From the NCBI GenBank assembly GCA_964016885.1, contig OZ024746.1, positions 58,652,001 to 58,716,000 of the forward strand: 64,000 bases of DNA. Direction: 5' to 3'. This document shows positions 30,557 to 43,704 of this stretch, one piece after another; positions within the stretch are counted from its first letter, which is position 1; each line of letters opens with the position of its first letter. The translations under genes and the position numbers were made by a program. A model generated the notes under the pieces. It was not told where the DNA came from. It saw only the letters and a list, made by a program, of their open reading frames with translations, and made no database searches. This DNA is from Eledone cirrhosa (taxonomy: Eukaryota).

Positions 30557-31070
30557 CAGGTTTAGCAAATAATGAAAAAGTTTCAAAATAAATTTTAAAA
30601 AATTGACTTTACTTACTATAGTTACCTTTACCGAATCGGTTTCGAATCTCAAAAATAAACGGAGACCATACGGCCTTCGTTGCAAAGAAAGATTCTCGTC
30701 AGAAGGTTCTTTTCATTCGAAGAATATAAAATTCTTGAATTTAAATTACGAACTAGCGCTATCCAAAACTGTTCCCGAGATGAGAGTAAATGAAGTGGAA
30801 TCAATTTTTTCAAGGGCCGAAGTAAAGATAGAGGCAGAGGGAGGTAGGTCAATCGGCCACCACTACCACTAGCAGCAGTCGGAACGACCAAATTTTTTTC
30901 TCAACATAGAGGAGATTAGTAATAATAGCGCACAAAGCGCTAAGGGACACATGTATTGTCCAACAATATGCCAATGTGGTTCAATGGCAGGTTAATAAAT
31001 TAACGAGCCAGAACATATATAATCAGGTTTAGCAAATAATGAAAAAGTTTCAAAAAAAATTTTAAAAAAT
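30553..31070 (-). mobile_element. ~465-bp monomer with ~50-bp direct terminal repeat, hammerhead-bearing
   Basis: TAATCAGGTTTAGCAAATAATGAAAAAGTTTCAAAA occurs at both 30553 and 31020; flanked by (TA)n. Confidence 0.75.
30624..30707 (-). ncRNA. Canonical type-I hammerhead ribozyme
   Basis: ACCUU CUGACGA GAAUCU [~38 nt] AGAUUC GAAA CCG auu CGG UA AAGGU. All core nucleotides and G10.1-C11.1 are present. Confidence 0.9.
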
Positions 31071-31089
31071 ATATATATATATATATATT

Positions 31090-31423
31090 TCATTTCTGAA
31101 TTTGTTTAGCAAGATTCTTTATCTGAAAACGTGTGCTGAAACCGATATTGTTATACTTTGGGAGGTTCATGTTGTCAATAAGAACACACACACAAAAACA
31201 AGATGACGTAGGATAGAACAAAGGAGAGACACAAAAACAAAGGAAAGAATCCCTAGTCACTGAAGAGGTCACAGAATGTGTGACGAAAGAACTTTGACAA
31301 TATATAAACAATCATCTGGTTGTGGAACCAACCAACCAACCAGAAATTTATAAATTCCTAAATTTATAGTGAAACCAACTGGTGCGTGTGTTTCTTATTG
31401 GCAACATGACCCTCCCAAAGTAT

Positions 31424-31430
<7 letters not shown>
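31090..31430. mobile_element. Fold-back non-autonomous element sharing the PLE1 3' terminus
   Basis: ATGACCCTCCCAAAGTATAACAATA is on the right arm. Its inverted copy plus a ~55-nt extension is on the left arm. Confidence 0.8.
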
Positions 31431-31479
<49 letters not shown>

Positions 31480-31548
31480 AAAAAAAGATGATATCGAAAA
31501 TGCAAATAGAGTCTTATTTTTAAAAAAATATATATATTTATTTGGTTC

Positions 31549-31584
31549 CTTTACCGGTTTCGCAGTTCTTCTGCTTTTCAAAAG
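31549..31584 (-). ncRNA. Minimal hammerhead with U3-A8 core variant
   Basis: CUU UUGAAAA GCAG aagaa CUGC GAAA CCGG UA AAG. Related copies lie at 31681-31716 (+) and 11184-11219 (-). Confidence 0.65.
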
Positions 31585-31840
31585 TAGAGTTGAGATGGAG
31601 GGTCTGTGGTTTTTCTCACATCAGATGTGAGAAAAACCACAGATCAGAGCAAACATCACGGACGCTCTATCTCAAAATTATTTTTGAAAAGCATTAGAAA
31701 TCCGCAACCGGTAAAACTTTAAACCAAAACTGAATACTAACCAATACAATTACTAATTCTCACTTATTCCTAATTAAACTATTTTTCACTGTGAACAATT
31801 TGTCAGCATTTTCTATTCCGTTTACCAATATATATATATT

Positions 31841-31874
<34 letters not shown>

Positions 31875-31976
31875 GAGAGAGAGAGACACTGGAAGGTAAT
31901 ATCCGTAGTGGTAGAGCACTCAGTCCAAGACGACGAGTTATGTAGAAGTGCTAACACAAGAGTTAGTTCACCATAC

Positions 31977-32014
31977 CTAGAACAAATGTTTCTCCTTAGC
32001 GGATCCTCAGCTCG
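31977..32014 (-). ncRNA. Minimal hammerhead in PLE3 3' pLTR
   Basis: CGAG CUGAGGA UCC gcuaa GGA GAAA CAUUUG UU CUAG. Confidence 0.7.
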
Positions 32015-33106
32015 TAATGGACATGGTTATACGGAACAGGAAGGACAACCGTATGAACGCGCATGAGCAGAAACGGTCATTCACCCAGGCAATACAAAAC
32101 TGCGTCCGAGAGGTGTAAGGGAGATAATTGCGAGATTCCGAAAGCTTCTAGTTGATAAGAAAATTAGGATGTTGTTATTGTTCAATCGGGGCTTTGTAGT
32201 TACGTAAGAGGTGTTTCCAGCCATGTGGACAGCGTGTGAAGAATTCAATACCTTGAGTTAGGCAATCGCTATTGCGTAATCGCTTTAGAATATTTATCCG
32301 TTCATCAATATATATTCCACAAGACGGATTGCCCCTTGTGTATGGCTTGGACTTAGTGATGGCTTTCCATTGAATGGAGTAGTCTATACTTGAGTCCTTG
32401 AGGGACCATAATTGACTCACGAGTTTCGTGGATGATCGTTTGTCCGAGTACCTAAAGGTCGACTGAATGGTTCAGGAAGCGCACCTTAAATCGGCCCTCC
32501 GCCATACCCACGTAGGATTTGACCTCCTGTGGTTGATTTGGTTGGTTGGAAGTGACAACAGCTTCATAAACTACAGCGGGTGTGTTGTATTGCTGTTGAA
32601 GGGGACAAGGTTCAGGCTTTCGGCAAGAGCTCCCTGTTGGCGTGTTGCTCTTAGGGCTGTTGGTGATGTGAGCCTTCATATTCTTAGCGCAGGAGTACCC
32701 TAGTTTTACTTTGTGCCTGTTAAAGATAGAGCGGTGTGTGTGACCTATGGGAAAGTGTAAATCTAAGAGGGCTAAACATCTTTTCCTACATTAGTTTTAA
32801 CGTTGAGTGAGAAGGGAGGAGAAAATCAGATAGTTTGTCTATTGATGCGCTTTCTTTTCTTATTGCTGTTGTTAGTGGGAGAGTAAGTGATAGTTAGCTA
32901 ACGCCGTGTTATAGTAGGGTGCCGCTCTGTCAAAGAGAGCCTTATTACAGGAGAGGTTAGAGATTCTAGTACTGATATTATTTACGAAGTTTTTAAAAGC
33001 AGTGGGAGCGTGGTATGAGTCCTTTTGAATGTAATTGAGTTTTACGTTTCTGCACATGCGCGTTCATACGATTGTCCTTCGTGTTCCGAATAACCATGTC
33101 CATTAC

Positions 33107-33142
33107 GAGCTGAGGATCCGCAAAGGTGAAACAATTGTTCTC
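33107..33142 (+). ncRNA. Minimal hammerhead in the inverted pLTR copy of PLE3
   Basis: GAG CUGAGGA U CC gcaaa GG U GAAA CAAUUG UU CUC; palindromic stem III. Confidence 0.75.
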
Positions 33143-33170
33143 AGTATGGTGAACTAACTGTTTTGTTACC

Positions 33171-33251
<81 letters not shown>

Positions 33252-33516
33252 ATTTACGTATCGAGAGAGAGAAAAAAAGGAAGGATAGGTGATAGATGTA
33301 GTTATTTGCCAAATAGCGTATGCAAAAGGTGCTCAATACTAGTGCCGGCAGTATTAAATATTAGAAGTGTTAATATTTAGTGGGCGAGAGAGTTAGCAGA
33401 GCGTAAGCACGTGGAAAAGTAAGAAATCGGAGAACAGACCATGTTGTTTTAAATAAACATGTTTTAACGGTCTGTTCTCCGATTTCTTACTTTTCCACGT
33501 ATACAAATATATATAA

Positions 33517-33548
<32 letters not shown>

Positions 33549-33552
33549 ATAT

Positions 33553-34175
33553 GAAATACCAATGATGGTTGGCAAATCACTGATGAGAGACTAATTTTAT
33601 AATATGTAACCCATGTGCAACCACGCAGTATTCCTCTTTCTTCCCATGTTTTTCATACATATTTACCTCGACTGCGATTATCTGTTTCTGCTCCCCGTTC
33701 TCTCTGTTTCTCTCACCTTCTTTCGTCCCCTCTGTCAGTTAACACTTTCTCTCGACTGACCTCTTCCTCGCACTTCGACTCACTCACTCTCTGTTTCTCC
33801 CCTTCTCACTTCCTCCCGTTCGTTAATAGTGGGGTTCTTTCTTTCTCACATCTCATTCACGGCGGACGGTCAGTTTTCTGACCGCTCATGAAATTCACCC
33901 AGCTTATGCTGACCGGATAACCATCATGTTGCTTGCTGTTTTCCTACCTTCGGTTTGCTTTTCCTTCTATGTTGTTTACTTGTCTCACTCGCTTTACGCG
34001 ATTCACTTGTCCCAATAGCTTATTTTAGTAATTGCTCGCACCAACCTGAGGCATCTGATTTGTAATGCGATGAAATACCAATGATGGTTGGCAAATCACT
34101 GATGAGGGACTAATTTTATAATATGTAATCCACGTGCAACCACGCAGTATTCCTCTTTCTTCCCATGTTTTTCAT
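33553..34175 (+). mobile_element. 520-bp monomer + ~100-bp direct repeat, same family as 16932-17968
   Basis: GAAATACCAATGATGGTTGGCAAATCACTGATGAG occurs at 33553 and 34072. Confidence 0.85.
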
Positions 34176-35348
34176 ATATATATATATATATGACGGGCTT
34201 CTCAAATCTTTGTCTATTACCAGATTTAAATCAAAAAGAGTTGGTTAACTATAGGCGAAATTAACAAAGCTGCCACGCAGTGAGACTCAACCTGATTCCT
34301 CACGCCTTGAAAATACTTAGCATGGATCTCAGCGATTGGTGTGGCATACGCTGTAGTAGATATACTTGAGAAGGTATTGTGGTAAGTGCTAGATTTTATA
34401 AATTTTAAAGAAACGTTGATTGGATTACTATTAAGCCCGTTTGAATAGCCTCGATGTTTAGTGTGTAATGTATAATTGTTTATGCTGTAATGTGCAATAG
34501 ATGTTCTTGTGAAAGGATTTTGAAACTTTGTGTTCGATTTTTCCATTAAAACAAGTTCATTTCCATCATATAGAGAGTTGTGGAATAAGACGTAATATTT
34601 ATTTGACATTCACGTTTCGGATTAAGAGTCATTTTTATAAAACTTATCAAATGATGGGGATCAATTTATTTTTTCCCTTTGAACATTATGAAAGCTACTA
34701 AGTGTTTCAAATGAATGTTTTTTGCTTCTTTTCTTGTCACTCAGAACTCTAAACATAGTAGAAAATCTCCTTCTTAGTATACAATTTTCTGTCATTAAAA
34801 TGGAACAATTATTTTTCTACCCTTCTATAATATGTTAGGGAAAACGGGATTATAAATATAATCACTGGAACTTCTTTTATACTAATGCTCCTTTATTCCG
34901 TCTAACAACAAAGCGGATGAAAACACCATCAATTATTATTCACATTAGCACAAGCCCACACAAAATTATAATGAAAAATATACAACACAGCGTGATTATA
35001 TATCATACACATTGTAAATATACAGATCTATGCATAAACCTTAAATATACAAACATGCACCGTATGCAGGATGGCATCGAGTACAGAACTAATATTTATT
35101 TAATCGACTCGAGATAAGGGTAGTGGGTGGCAGAATCGGTATATTACGGATAAAAGATAGAGTGCTATTTAGTTACGTTCTTATAAAATTTTCGTCCCTA
35201 TCTCATCAGCGTCGAATTTCATTTTCCATCCTGCACGATCGATACAATAGGTTTCTGTGTTTTAATGGAAGCTGATTGCATCGATTATCCACAATCAACT
35301 TCCACTTTTCTCTCTCCATATATATACATGTATATATATATTTATATT

Positions 35349-35474
<126 letters not shown>

Positions 35475-36235
35475 GTATATTATATATATTATATATATAA
35501 TTTGTTTTTTAACCGTTGAGGTAGTTACGAATTTTTAACATTAATTTAACTTAGTCAACATCTTCAACGCACGTTTTTGTCTCTGGAAAACAGTTTCATA
35601 AGTTAGGTATATAAAACCCTGGAAATGAGATAATTAAAGGAAGCAAGACAAGACATTCTATACACACGCTCGACAAATGCCGTCTAATCACACTCATAAT
35701 TATACGATGAATGAATAAACCATTATCTCCTCATAGAGTCGGATCGGATACAGTCTGTTTCTTCCTGAGAGTGAGTGAGAGAGAAAGAGAAAGTGAGAGA
35801 GAGAAAAGGACTGAAAGAGAGAGGGGGACGTTAGACCACAGTCTTGAAACGGTACTATATCGCCCTTGAAAGGTGACGATGATATATATCTATATATATA
35901 AAGTTGTAGTTCCTGTCTGTTTGTTTGTTTGTTCATGAACTCCTCCTATGGTTTTGGAGATAGACACCCATAACCATATATATTCTGAAATTATATTTCC
36001 CAGGGTACTTGGATAAGTATATTTCATTTTAATCAAAGGTTCCCCAGTTTTTTTCCCTTCGATTTATATGAAATTAAAACCATAGGCAAGATTTCAAAAT
36101 TTCAACAAATTTCTATAATATTAAGACACCGTAATGGAGTTTTTCTCCATAAATTACATCACTGATTTAAAGTCAATCATCATTTTCTTACAAAAGAATA
36201 TGTGTGAAACGCAGCAAGGCGCGAGTAATTCGGCT

Positions 36236-36315
<80 letters not shown>

Positions 36316-37287
36316 AAGAGAGAGAGAGAGAGTGGGAACTGTAAAGAGAGAGGGAACTGTAGACCACATTATCGACTATGAAAGGCAACGATGATTTATA
36401 CATATATATATAAAGAGAGATGGAAAGAGAGAGAGAGAAAGAAAGAGAGGAACAGTAGACCACATTATTAAAACAGTACTTTATTTATCGCCCTTGAAAG
36501 AGAACAATGAACTCGGTGAGTTTTCAATTCATACTGCAGAGACACAAAATATAGTAAAACATTCTAAGTCACGTTCTTATGTAATCACAGATCAAATACT
36601 GCGACGCATTATATCCGATTTTCTAACTATTCTTTCACCACGACGTTTATAATTATTTAAGCCAAAATTAAATATGTTCCAATTTTAGATCACTGCAATT
36701 AGCCTGTTCATGTCAATAGAAGGAATGCGTTCCAACCGGCTCTTTGGTCTCAATTGGTTTTATCTTATAATAATAATAACATGGTATCAATCCATACACA
36801 CCTGTTGGGACATGTTTATTTTCGTCATTCTGGTATAGTTTGCTTTACATTATCTCATCAGTATATGATGTTGTTTTGGTCTATTTATACCTCCAGCCTG
36901 TCTTTGGTGAGTGATGTTAAAACAACAGAGAACACACGGATTTATTATAGTTATGTTTACAGAGCTGACCCCCATGTCGTCTCAAAATTAAGGGCATGGT
37001 TATTATTTACAGATTATAAAAGTAGAGAGAAGAGGAAGGAACAATGAAAGGAAGAAGAGTAAGCGTGTATGCGTGTGCGTGCGTGTGTGAGTGTGTTTGT
37101 ATGTGTGAATGTGTAATATGTGCCTATGTCTCGTGATATTTTGGAGAGAAATAAAAATAATGAAACGTTTCCATAAACAAATATTTAATATAGAAATAGA
37201 ACGTCAATTAATTTAATAAAATATACAAAATGAACGGAAAAACACTCATAAGCATTAATATATATATATATATTTATATATATATAC

Positions 37288-37379
<92 letters not shown>

Positions 37380-37778
37380 CAGGGGCGAAGGGTCCGTGCA
37401 AGCAACGCATGCAGTACATGCGTTATAGAATCTTGAGTTGATCAATTGCGTCGGTTGAAGCAAGCAGAATTTTGACTGCTTAGTAAAATGTATAGACACA
37501 AAAAATATAACACATACACACACTCACATACACACAAACACATACACACAAACACACGACAGCTTTAAGGCAACGGTAATTTTGACTGCTTACTAAATAT
37601 TAGACACATAAAAAGGTAACACACACACACACACACACTAGATAACACTACATGCGGCTTTGACCGGGAGGGTCATTTAGAGGGAATTGGGGGGGAGGGG
37701 GGTAAGGCTGCACAGCCTCACTTTCCGCCATGGCGATTGGACTGCATGCCCTGCTTTCCAGGTTACTCTTCGCCACTG
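37380..37778. mobile_element. Non-autonomous TIR DNA transposon (MITE-like)
   Basis: Termini CAGGGGCGAAGGGT ... ACTCTTCGCCACTG form an imperfect ~14-bp TIR, embedded in (AT)n. Confidence 0.55.
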
Positions 37779-38043
37779 ATATATATATATATATGTGTTT
37801 GGCCTTTAACGTTTGTTATAGCTCTGGTTCATCTGAATCATTGAGCACTTGCCACACATCTCGGGAGTTGTTTTTCATTATTTCGTGGGCCGAAATGCGA
37901 ATCTCGATAATTTGTTTGTATATATATATATATATATATAAATAATTATATATATTAAAAAAATAATATATATATATAAAAAAATAATTGTACAGTATGT
38001 ATATATATATATATATACATATACAAGTGAACTATAACCTCCT

Positions 38044-38095
<52 letters not shown>

Positions 38096-38099
<4 letters not shown>

Positions 38100-38426
38100 A
38101 GGAGGTTATAGGACACTTGAAGCATTGTGTAATGAGGTATAAACGTTTGTATATGTATAATAAAGCCAAAACAATGCAGGTATGGACATAGAATAAAGAA
38201 TGCAAATGCAAAAGATATTGTTGACAATTAGTCTTTTACCTTAGATTTATTTAAATGTCCTTAATTTTCGAGATAATATCTCTTCTTCGGAGGGAAGTAA
38301 AGCAGTTAAACCAGTGTTCTAAATAGCTTGCCAAGTCATGCTGACAGGAAATGGTATAGAGTATCTGTTCTATCTCTAATGTCAAAGAGTTAAGGTTAGG
38401 TGGATAAAGAGTAGTCTCCCTTTAAA

Positions 38427-38465
<39 letters not shown>

Positions 38466-38794
38466 AGGAGGATGTTATAGTACACATGAAGCATTGTGTA
38501 ATGAGGTATAAACGTTTGTATATGTATAATAAAGCCAAAACAATGCAGGTATGGACATAGAATAAAGAATGCAAATGCAAAAGATATTGTTGACAATTAG
38601 TCTTTTACCTTAGATTTATTTAAACGTCCTTAATTTTCGAGATAATATCTCTTCTTCGGAGAGAAGTAAAGCGGTTAAACCAGTGTTCTAAATAGATTGC
38701 CAAGTCATGCTGACAGGAAATGGTATAGAGTATCTGTTCTATCTCTAATGTCAAAGAGTTAAGGTTAGGTGGATAAACAGTAGTCTCCTTTAAA

Positions 38795-38855
<61 letters not shown>

Positions 38856-39192
38856 AGGAGGAGGTTATAGTACACATGAAGCATTGTGTAATGAGGTATA
38901 AACGTTTGTATATGTATAATAAAGCCAAAACAATGCAGGTATGGACATAGAATAAAGAATGCAAATGCAAAAGATATTGTTGACAATTAGTCTTTTACCT
39001 TAGATTTATTTAAATGTCCTTAATTTTCGAGATAATATCTCTTCTTCGGAGGGAAGTAAAGCGGTTAAACCAGTGTTCTAAATAGATTGCCAAGTCATGC
39101 TGACAGGAAATGGTATAGAGTATCTGTTCTATCTCTAATGTCAAAGAGTTAAGGTTAGGTGGATAAACAGTAGTCTCCTTTTAAAGGGGTTT
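38096..39192 (-). repeat. Three tandem ~335-bp copies of the PLE2 3' pLTR separated by (TA)n, each with a hammerhead-like motif
   Basis: Units start at ~38096, 38462 and 38852. Each contains, on the minus strand, CCGAAGA A GAGA uauua UCUC GAAA AU UA AGGA (38258-38294, 38627-38663, 39017-39053). Confidence 0.85.
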
Positions 39193-39456
39193 TATTTTTT
39201 TGTACATGCCTGTTTAAGTGTGTGGGAGAATGCATGAAGGTGTAAGAATGTGAGTGTGTGTGTGTGAGTGTGAGATGATATGTCTATACGTAAATGTGGG
39301 GGATAGATGTTATCTCGTGTTAGAACTGGTCTTTGTGTGTGTATGTGTGTGTGAGAGAGAGAATAAGTGGAGGTGTAAGCGTGTGTGTGTCTCTGTGTGC
39401 GTGCGTGTGTGTGTGCGTGTGTGTCGGTGTGTGTAAATATGGGGCTAGAAGCTCTA

Positions 39457-41650
39457 TCAAGTTATAAATTGGGTGTTCAGTTCTAGTCTATTATTGATTG
39501 GTGGTGTGTTTTGTCTGTAATTAGTGCTTCCTTAATTCTAAGATTGCCGAGGTTTCTTTACTTAGTTTCTATCCTAACTGTTATGGTTTGTCGGTGTTTT
39601 TGCATTTAACTAGGTGTTTCTTAAATGAGGAAGCATTAGTATTGAGGTGTTCTTTTATTCTTATGTGGAGTGGTCTGGTGGTGCTACCTACGTAGAAGTT
39701 GCTGCATTTGTCATACTCTAGTCTGTATACGACGTAAGCCTGGTGGCATAGGTCTGTGTCATTGATGGGGCAGTTGGCTAGCCTACAGCAGTTCTCATGT
39801 CTGGTGGAGTGTCTTTTGGTTAGCTGTCCGCGTAGAGAAGGACCTGAGTGGGCCAGTTGGATATCTAGTCCCTCTCGTCTGATAGCTCTGCGGATGGCTG
39901 TTGTTGTTTCGTCACTGAAGTGTGGGAGCTTCAAGTGTTAGTGCCTCGGGTGTGGTGTCCTCTGTTCTTTCTGGCACGGTTTGTGGTGGATGTCGTGTAT
40001 CCGTTCAGTTTGAGTACTTCCAGGAAAATGTGTGGTGTGTGAGTCTCGGTCTCTAGCGTCGGTGCATTTGTTACGGATACGTGTTAGTTCGTTCCTTATG
40101 TATCCGAACTTAGCGCCGGCTGGGAGGGCCGATCTGAAATGTACGAACAGGTCCCTACTGGCGGCTTTTTTATAGAAGCAGGTGTGGATATTGCCTTCCT
40201 CTGTTACCCTGAGTTGGAAGTCCAGTAAGGATAGGGATCCGCGGTCATCGGGGTGTTCCATGCTGAACTTTATACTGGCGTCCATGCTGGAGAATGTTGT
40301 GTATATTTTATCTGCCTCCTCACGGGATGATGTAAGGATGAGTATGTCATCTACATATCGGGTGAAGAAGGTATGGGAATGGCAGGTGTTGAGGGCTCGG
40401 CATTCTAGCTGGTTCATATAGGTGATGGCCAGCAGCCCCGATATACTGGATCCCATGGGTAATCCTGTTGTCTGTCTGTATGTGTGGTGGTGGAAGGTGA
40501 AGTACGTGTTGTCTACTGTGAAGGACAAAAGCTGGTGTATGTCCGTCGGATGGAGGCCCTAGCAGTGGATGTCCTCTGCGACCACGCAGTCCGTCAATAA
40601 ATCGACAGCTGGATGAGCGGGGACTGTAGTGTAGAGGGAGACAACGTCGAGGCTAAAGGCGTATCTATTTAGTTTAAGTTGCTCTGGCTGGAGTTGGTGT
40701 AGTCTACGTATAACTTCGTCGGAGCTACTGACATGCCCGGGAAAGGTGGAGAGTAGAGGCTTGAGGACCTGGGAGAGGAGCCAGGAAATTTTGTATAGGG
40801 GTCCTTCCATGCTAGAGACGATGGGTCTTATTTGGGTCTTAGTACTATTCTTGTGGGTCTTGATGAGGTGGTAGAAAGTGGGCAGTCTGCTATTTCTAGT
40901 GGTGTAGTTGAGCTTAACTTTATTTGGGAGTTGTCTTCTCCTACAGATATCGAACCAGATGGAGTTGGTCTGTTTTTCGATCTGGGCTGCAGTCATGTCC
41001 GGGATCTCTGTATATAATTCATTGTCGCTTAGGTGTTCAAAGGCTAGGTTGTTGTATGTGGCTTGAGAGATGACGCAAAACTCTTTAACTTTGTCGGATG
41101 GTAAGTATATAAGTTCCCTATTCCGTAAGTTCTTCAGGGCGAGTTGTTGTGTCCTGGAGAGGTTTGGGCTATCTTTTTCTGTTTCCGTAAGATGTTAAAT
41201 ACGGAATGTTTTAGCCTCGAGAGTTTTTCTTCAAGCTCGCGGTTGGCAGGCGGTGGACAGAGTGGGCGATCCAGTTGGTATATCGGGAATCTGGGTTTGT
41301 TAGATTCCGTGGTGTTGTTGCCTAGAGTCGATATCCATTTTAGTTGGTAGGGAGCCCGACAGAAATTCGTTTCTATGTCGAGCCATAATTTGTCGTCCAG
41401 TCTCTGTTTCAATATGAACTTGGGACCCAGGCTGAGGAGGTAAAATTCCTCTCGGGAGAGGGATCCTTTCAAGTCTGTGACGAGGTGTTTTGCGTCAGGT
41501 GTGTTGTTGGTCGGGGCGCCGCTAGGTTCGGTGTTGGTACCGTCTTGTTCGCCTCTGCTGGTGCTTAGAGTTGGAATGTTGTTAAGACGGTTAGCCGTGC
41601 TGAATTTGAGAAATTTTTGCGTTAGGCGTATTTTCTCGTAGTCTCCGCAA
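39457..41650 (-). pseudogene. Penelope-like element 2 RT + GIY-YIG polyprotein remnant
   Basis: Motifs are LLSLGPKF, PTFYHLIKTHK..IRPIVSS, FSLDVVSLYTTVP, QTTGLPMGSSISG, FTRYVDDILI, LSLLD and VVYRL..FYVGSTTRPLHIRIKEH. The ORF end (39435-39543) is repeated inverted at 41667-41775. Confidence 0.93.
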
Positions 41651-42363
41651 TGGTGGTATGACCTGTCTTAGAATTAAGGAAGCACTAATTATAGACAAAA
41701 CACAACCACCAATCAATAATAGACTAGAACTCAACACCCAATTTATAACTTGATAGAGCTTCTAGCCCCATATTTTATGTATATATATATATAGTAATAA
41801 TAATAAATTTGAAGACTAAAATCCAAAGAGGGCTCGATAAGGATAAATATATATCAAATATATAAGAACCGTAGAGCTCTCTACGAACCACCTAAGAGAA
41901 TATTAGTCTACGACTTCTTTTATACCATAAACGTGCTTTTGTCTTTGCGTGTAATTGTTTTTCACCGCTCCAAATAATGACGTATTATATTCGTTTTTTT
42001 CCCGTTCTTTGCCAGGGAACGTTTCCACGAACTAAAGTATCGTCTTCCTGTCTTCCTCCGGTTGTTACGTTCTTTTAAATATTCACTTCTGCTTTCACAG
42101 ATTGACTTTGTTAGCTTCAGAAGATCCCGTTACGGGTGAAAGCAGCGATTCATTGCTGAAACTTTAATCTGTTATTTTAATAAATATATCGCTTTAAGCG
42201 TTTTAATTGTCCTAATAACTTATTTTAGTTATTATTGCGCCAACGTGAGATATATGATTTTTAATGCAATGAAATACCTATGACCGTTGGTAAATCACTG
42301 ATGAGGGACTCATTTTATAACATGTTATCCATGTGCAACCATGCAGTATTCTTCTCCCCATTT

Positions 42364-42430
<67 letters not shown>

Positions 42431-42843
42431 TATAATGAAGTAGACTGCAATACTGTTATACTTCACATTTTATCCCGTAATAATTTTCAATGGTATCTGT
42501 AACGTAAATGTATACCTTCAGATACAATTTCGTCAGACAGTGTTCCCCATGTAGAGATTTTAATGATGTCATTTGGTGATGTAGCAGGTACAATAGTAAT
42601 ACGTATAACAGCTTTTATATCATAAATACAATATCGTGATGTATAGACGTATTGGCTGTTACTTTATTATTCTATCAATATCCCGTCTTACACAGACCTG
42701 TGTGATCTCTTATGATAAGAAATGTATACTAATATCAGTGTTTACAACAGTTCTTTTTATCGATGTTTACGACTTCGAACGTAATTACAGATGAATAAAC
42801 ACGACATAACCGCATAACCACAACTGTATATATATACATATAT

Positions 42844-42959
<116 letters not shown>

Positions 42960-43021
42960 CATATATACATTACAGATACCATTGAAAATTATTACAGGAT
43001 AAAATGAGAAGTATTGCATTC

Positions 43022-43125
<104 letters not shown>

Positions 43126-43194
43126 GTACTGTACAATTATTTTTTTATAAGCTAGTTTTCATACTTCAAAAAGGGATATATGTACATGTATATA

Positions 43195-43287
<93 letters not shown>

Positions 43288-43704
43288 CGCTCTCTCTCTC
43301 TCTCTTTCTTTATATATATATATATATATATACAGAGAGAGAGAGAGAGAGGGAGAGGGGGAGAGTGGGAGAGATTGTGAGAGATACAGTACAATTTAAA
43401 AAAAATAATTTTTAAAAAGAGAAATTTCGGAATACAATACGCTAGAGTAATCATACACTTGCATAAGGCTTAAAAGGAACGATGGAAATGTCTGTGACGT
43501 TGCATATCTTTCATCAAAAAGGAGAATACATAAATACAATCATCTTCTGCTACGTTCAGTACACCTGATGTTTGACGCGGCCCAATATAATAACATATTT
43601 GAGTACTACTTTGTGCAAGATAAGTTGAAGAATATATATAATAGAGATGTAAGATCCCAACGGTGTACCCAGTCAACTCAATATGTGAGCTTCGGTTTCT
43701 TTTA

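Larger units (their letters stand above)
31890..33172 (-). mobile_element. Penelope-like element 3 (5'-truncated thumb + GIY-YIG) with inverted pLTR
   Basis: Pieces read NNISTRISNLS, SPPFSLNVKTNVG, KLGYSCAKNMKAHI, CRKPEPCPL..VVYEAVV..YVGMAEGRFKVRFLNH and YSIQWKAI..CPH. 31950-32075 is inverted at 33045-33170. Confidence 0.88.

Noticed and set aside
34226-34609. 127-aa minus-strand ORF in non-repetitive sequence
   Set aside because: It has no recognisable motif, the upstream frame is closed and I see no convincing splice signals.
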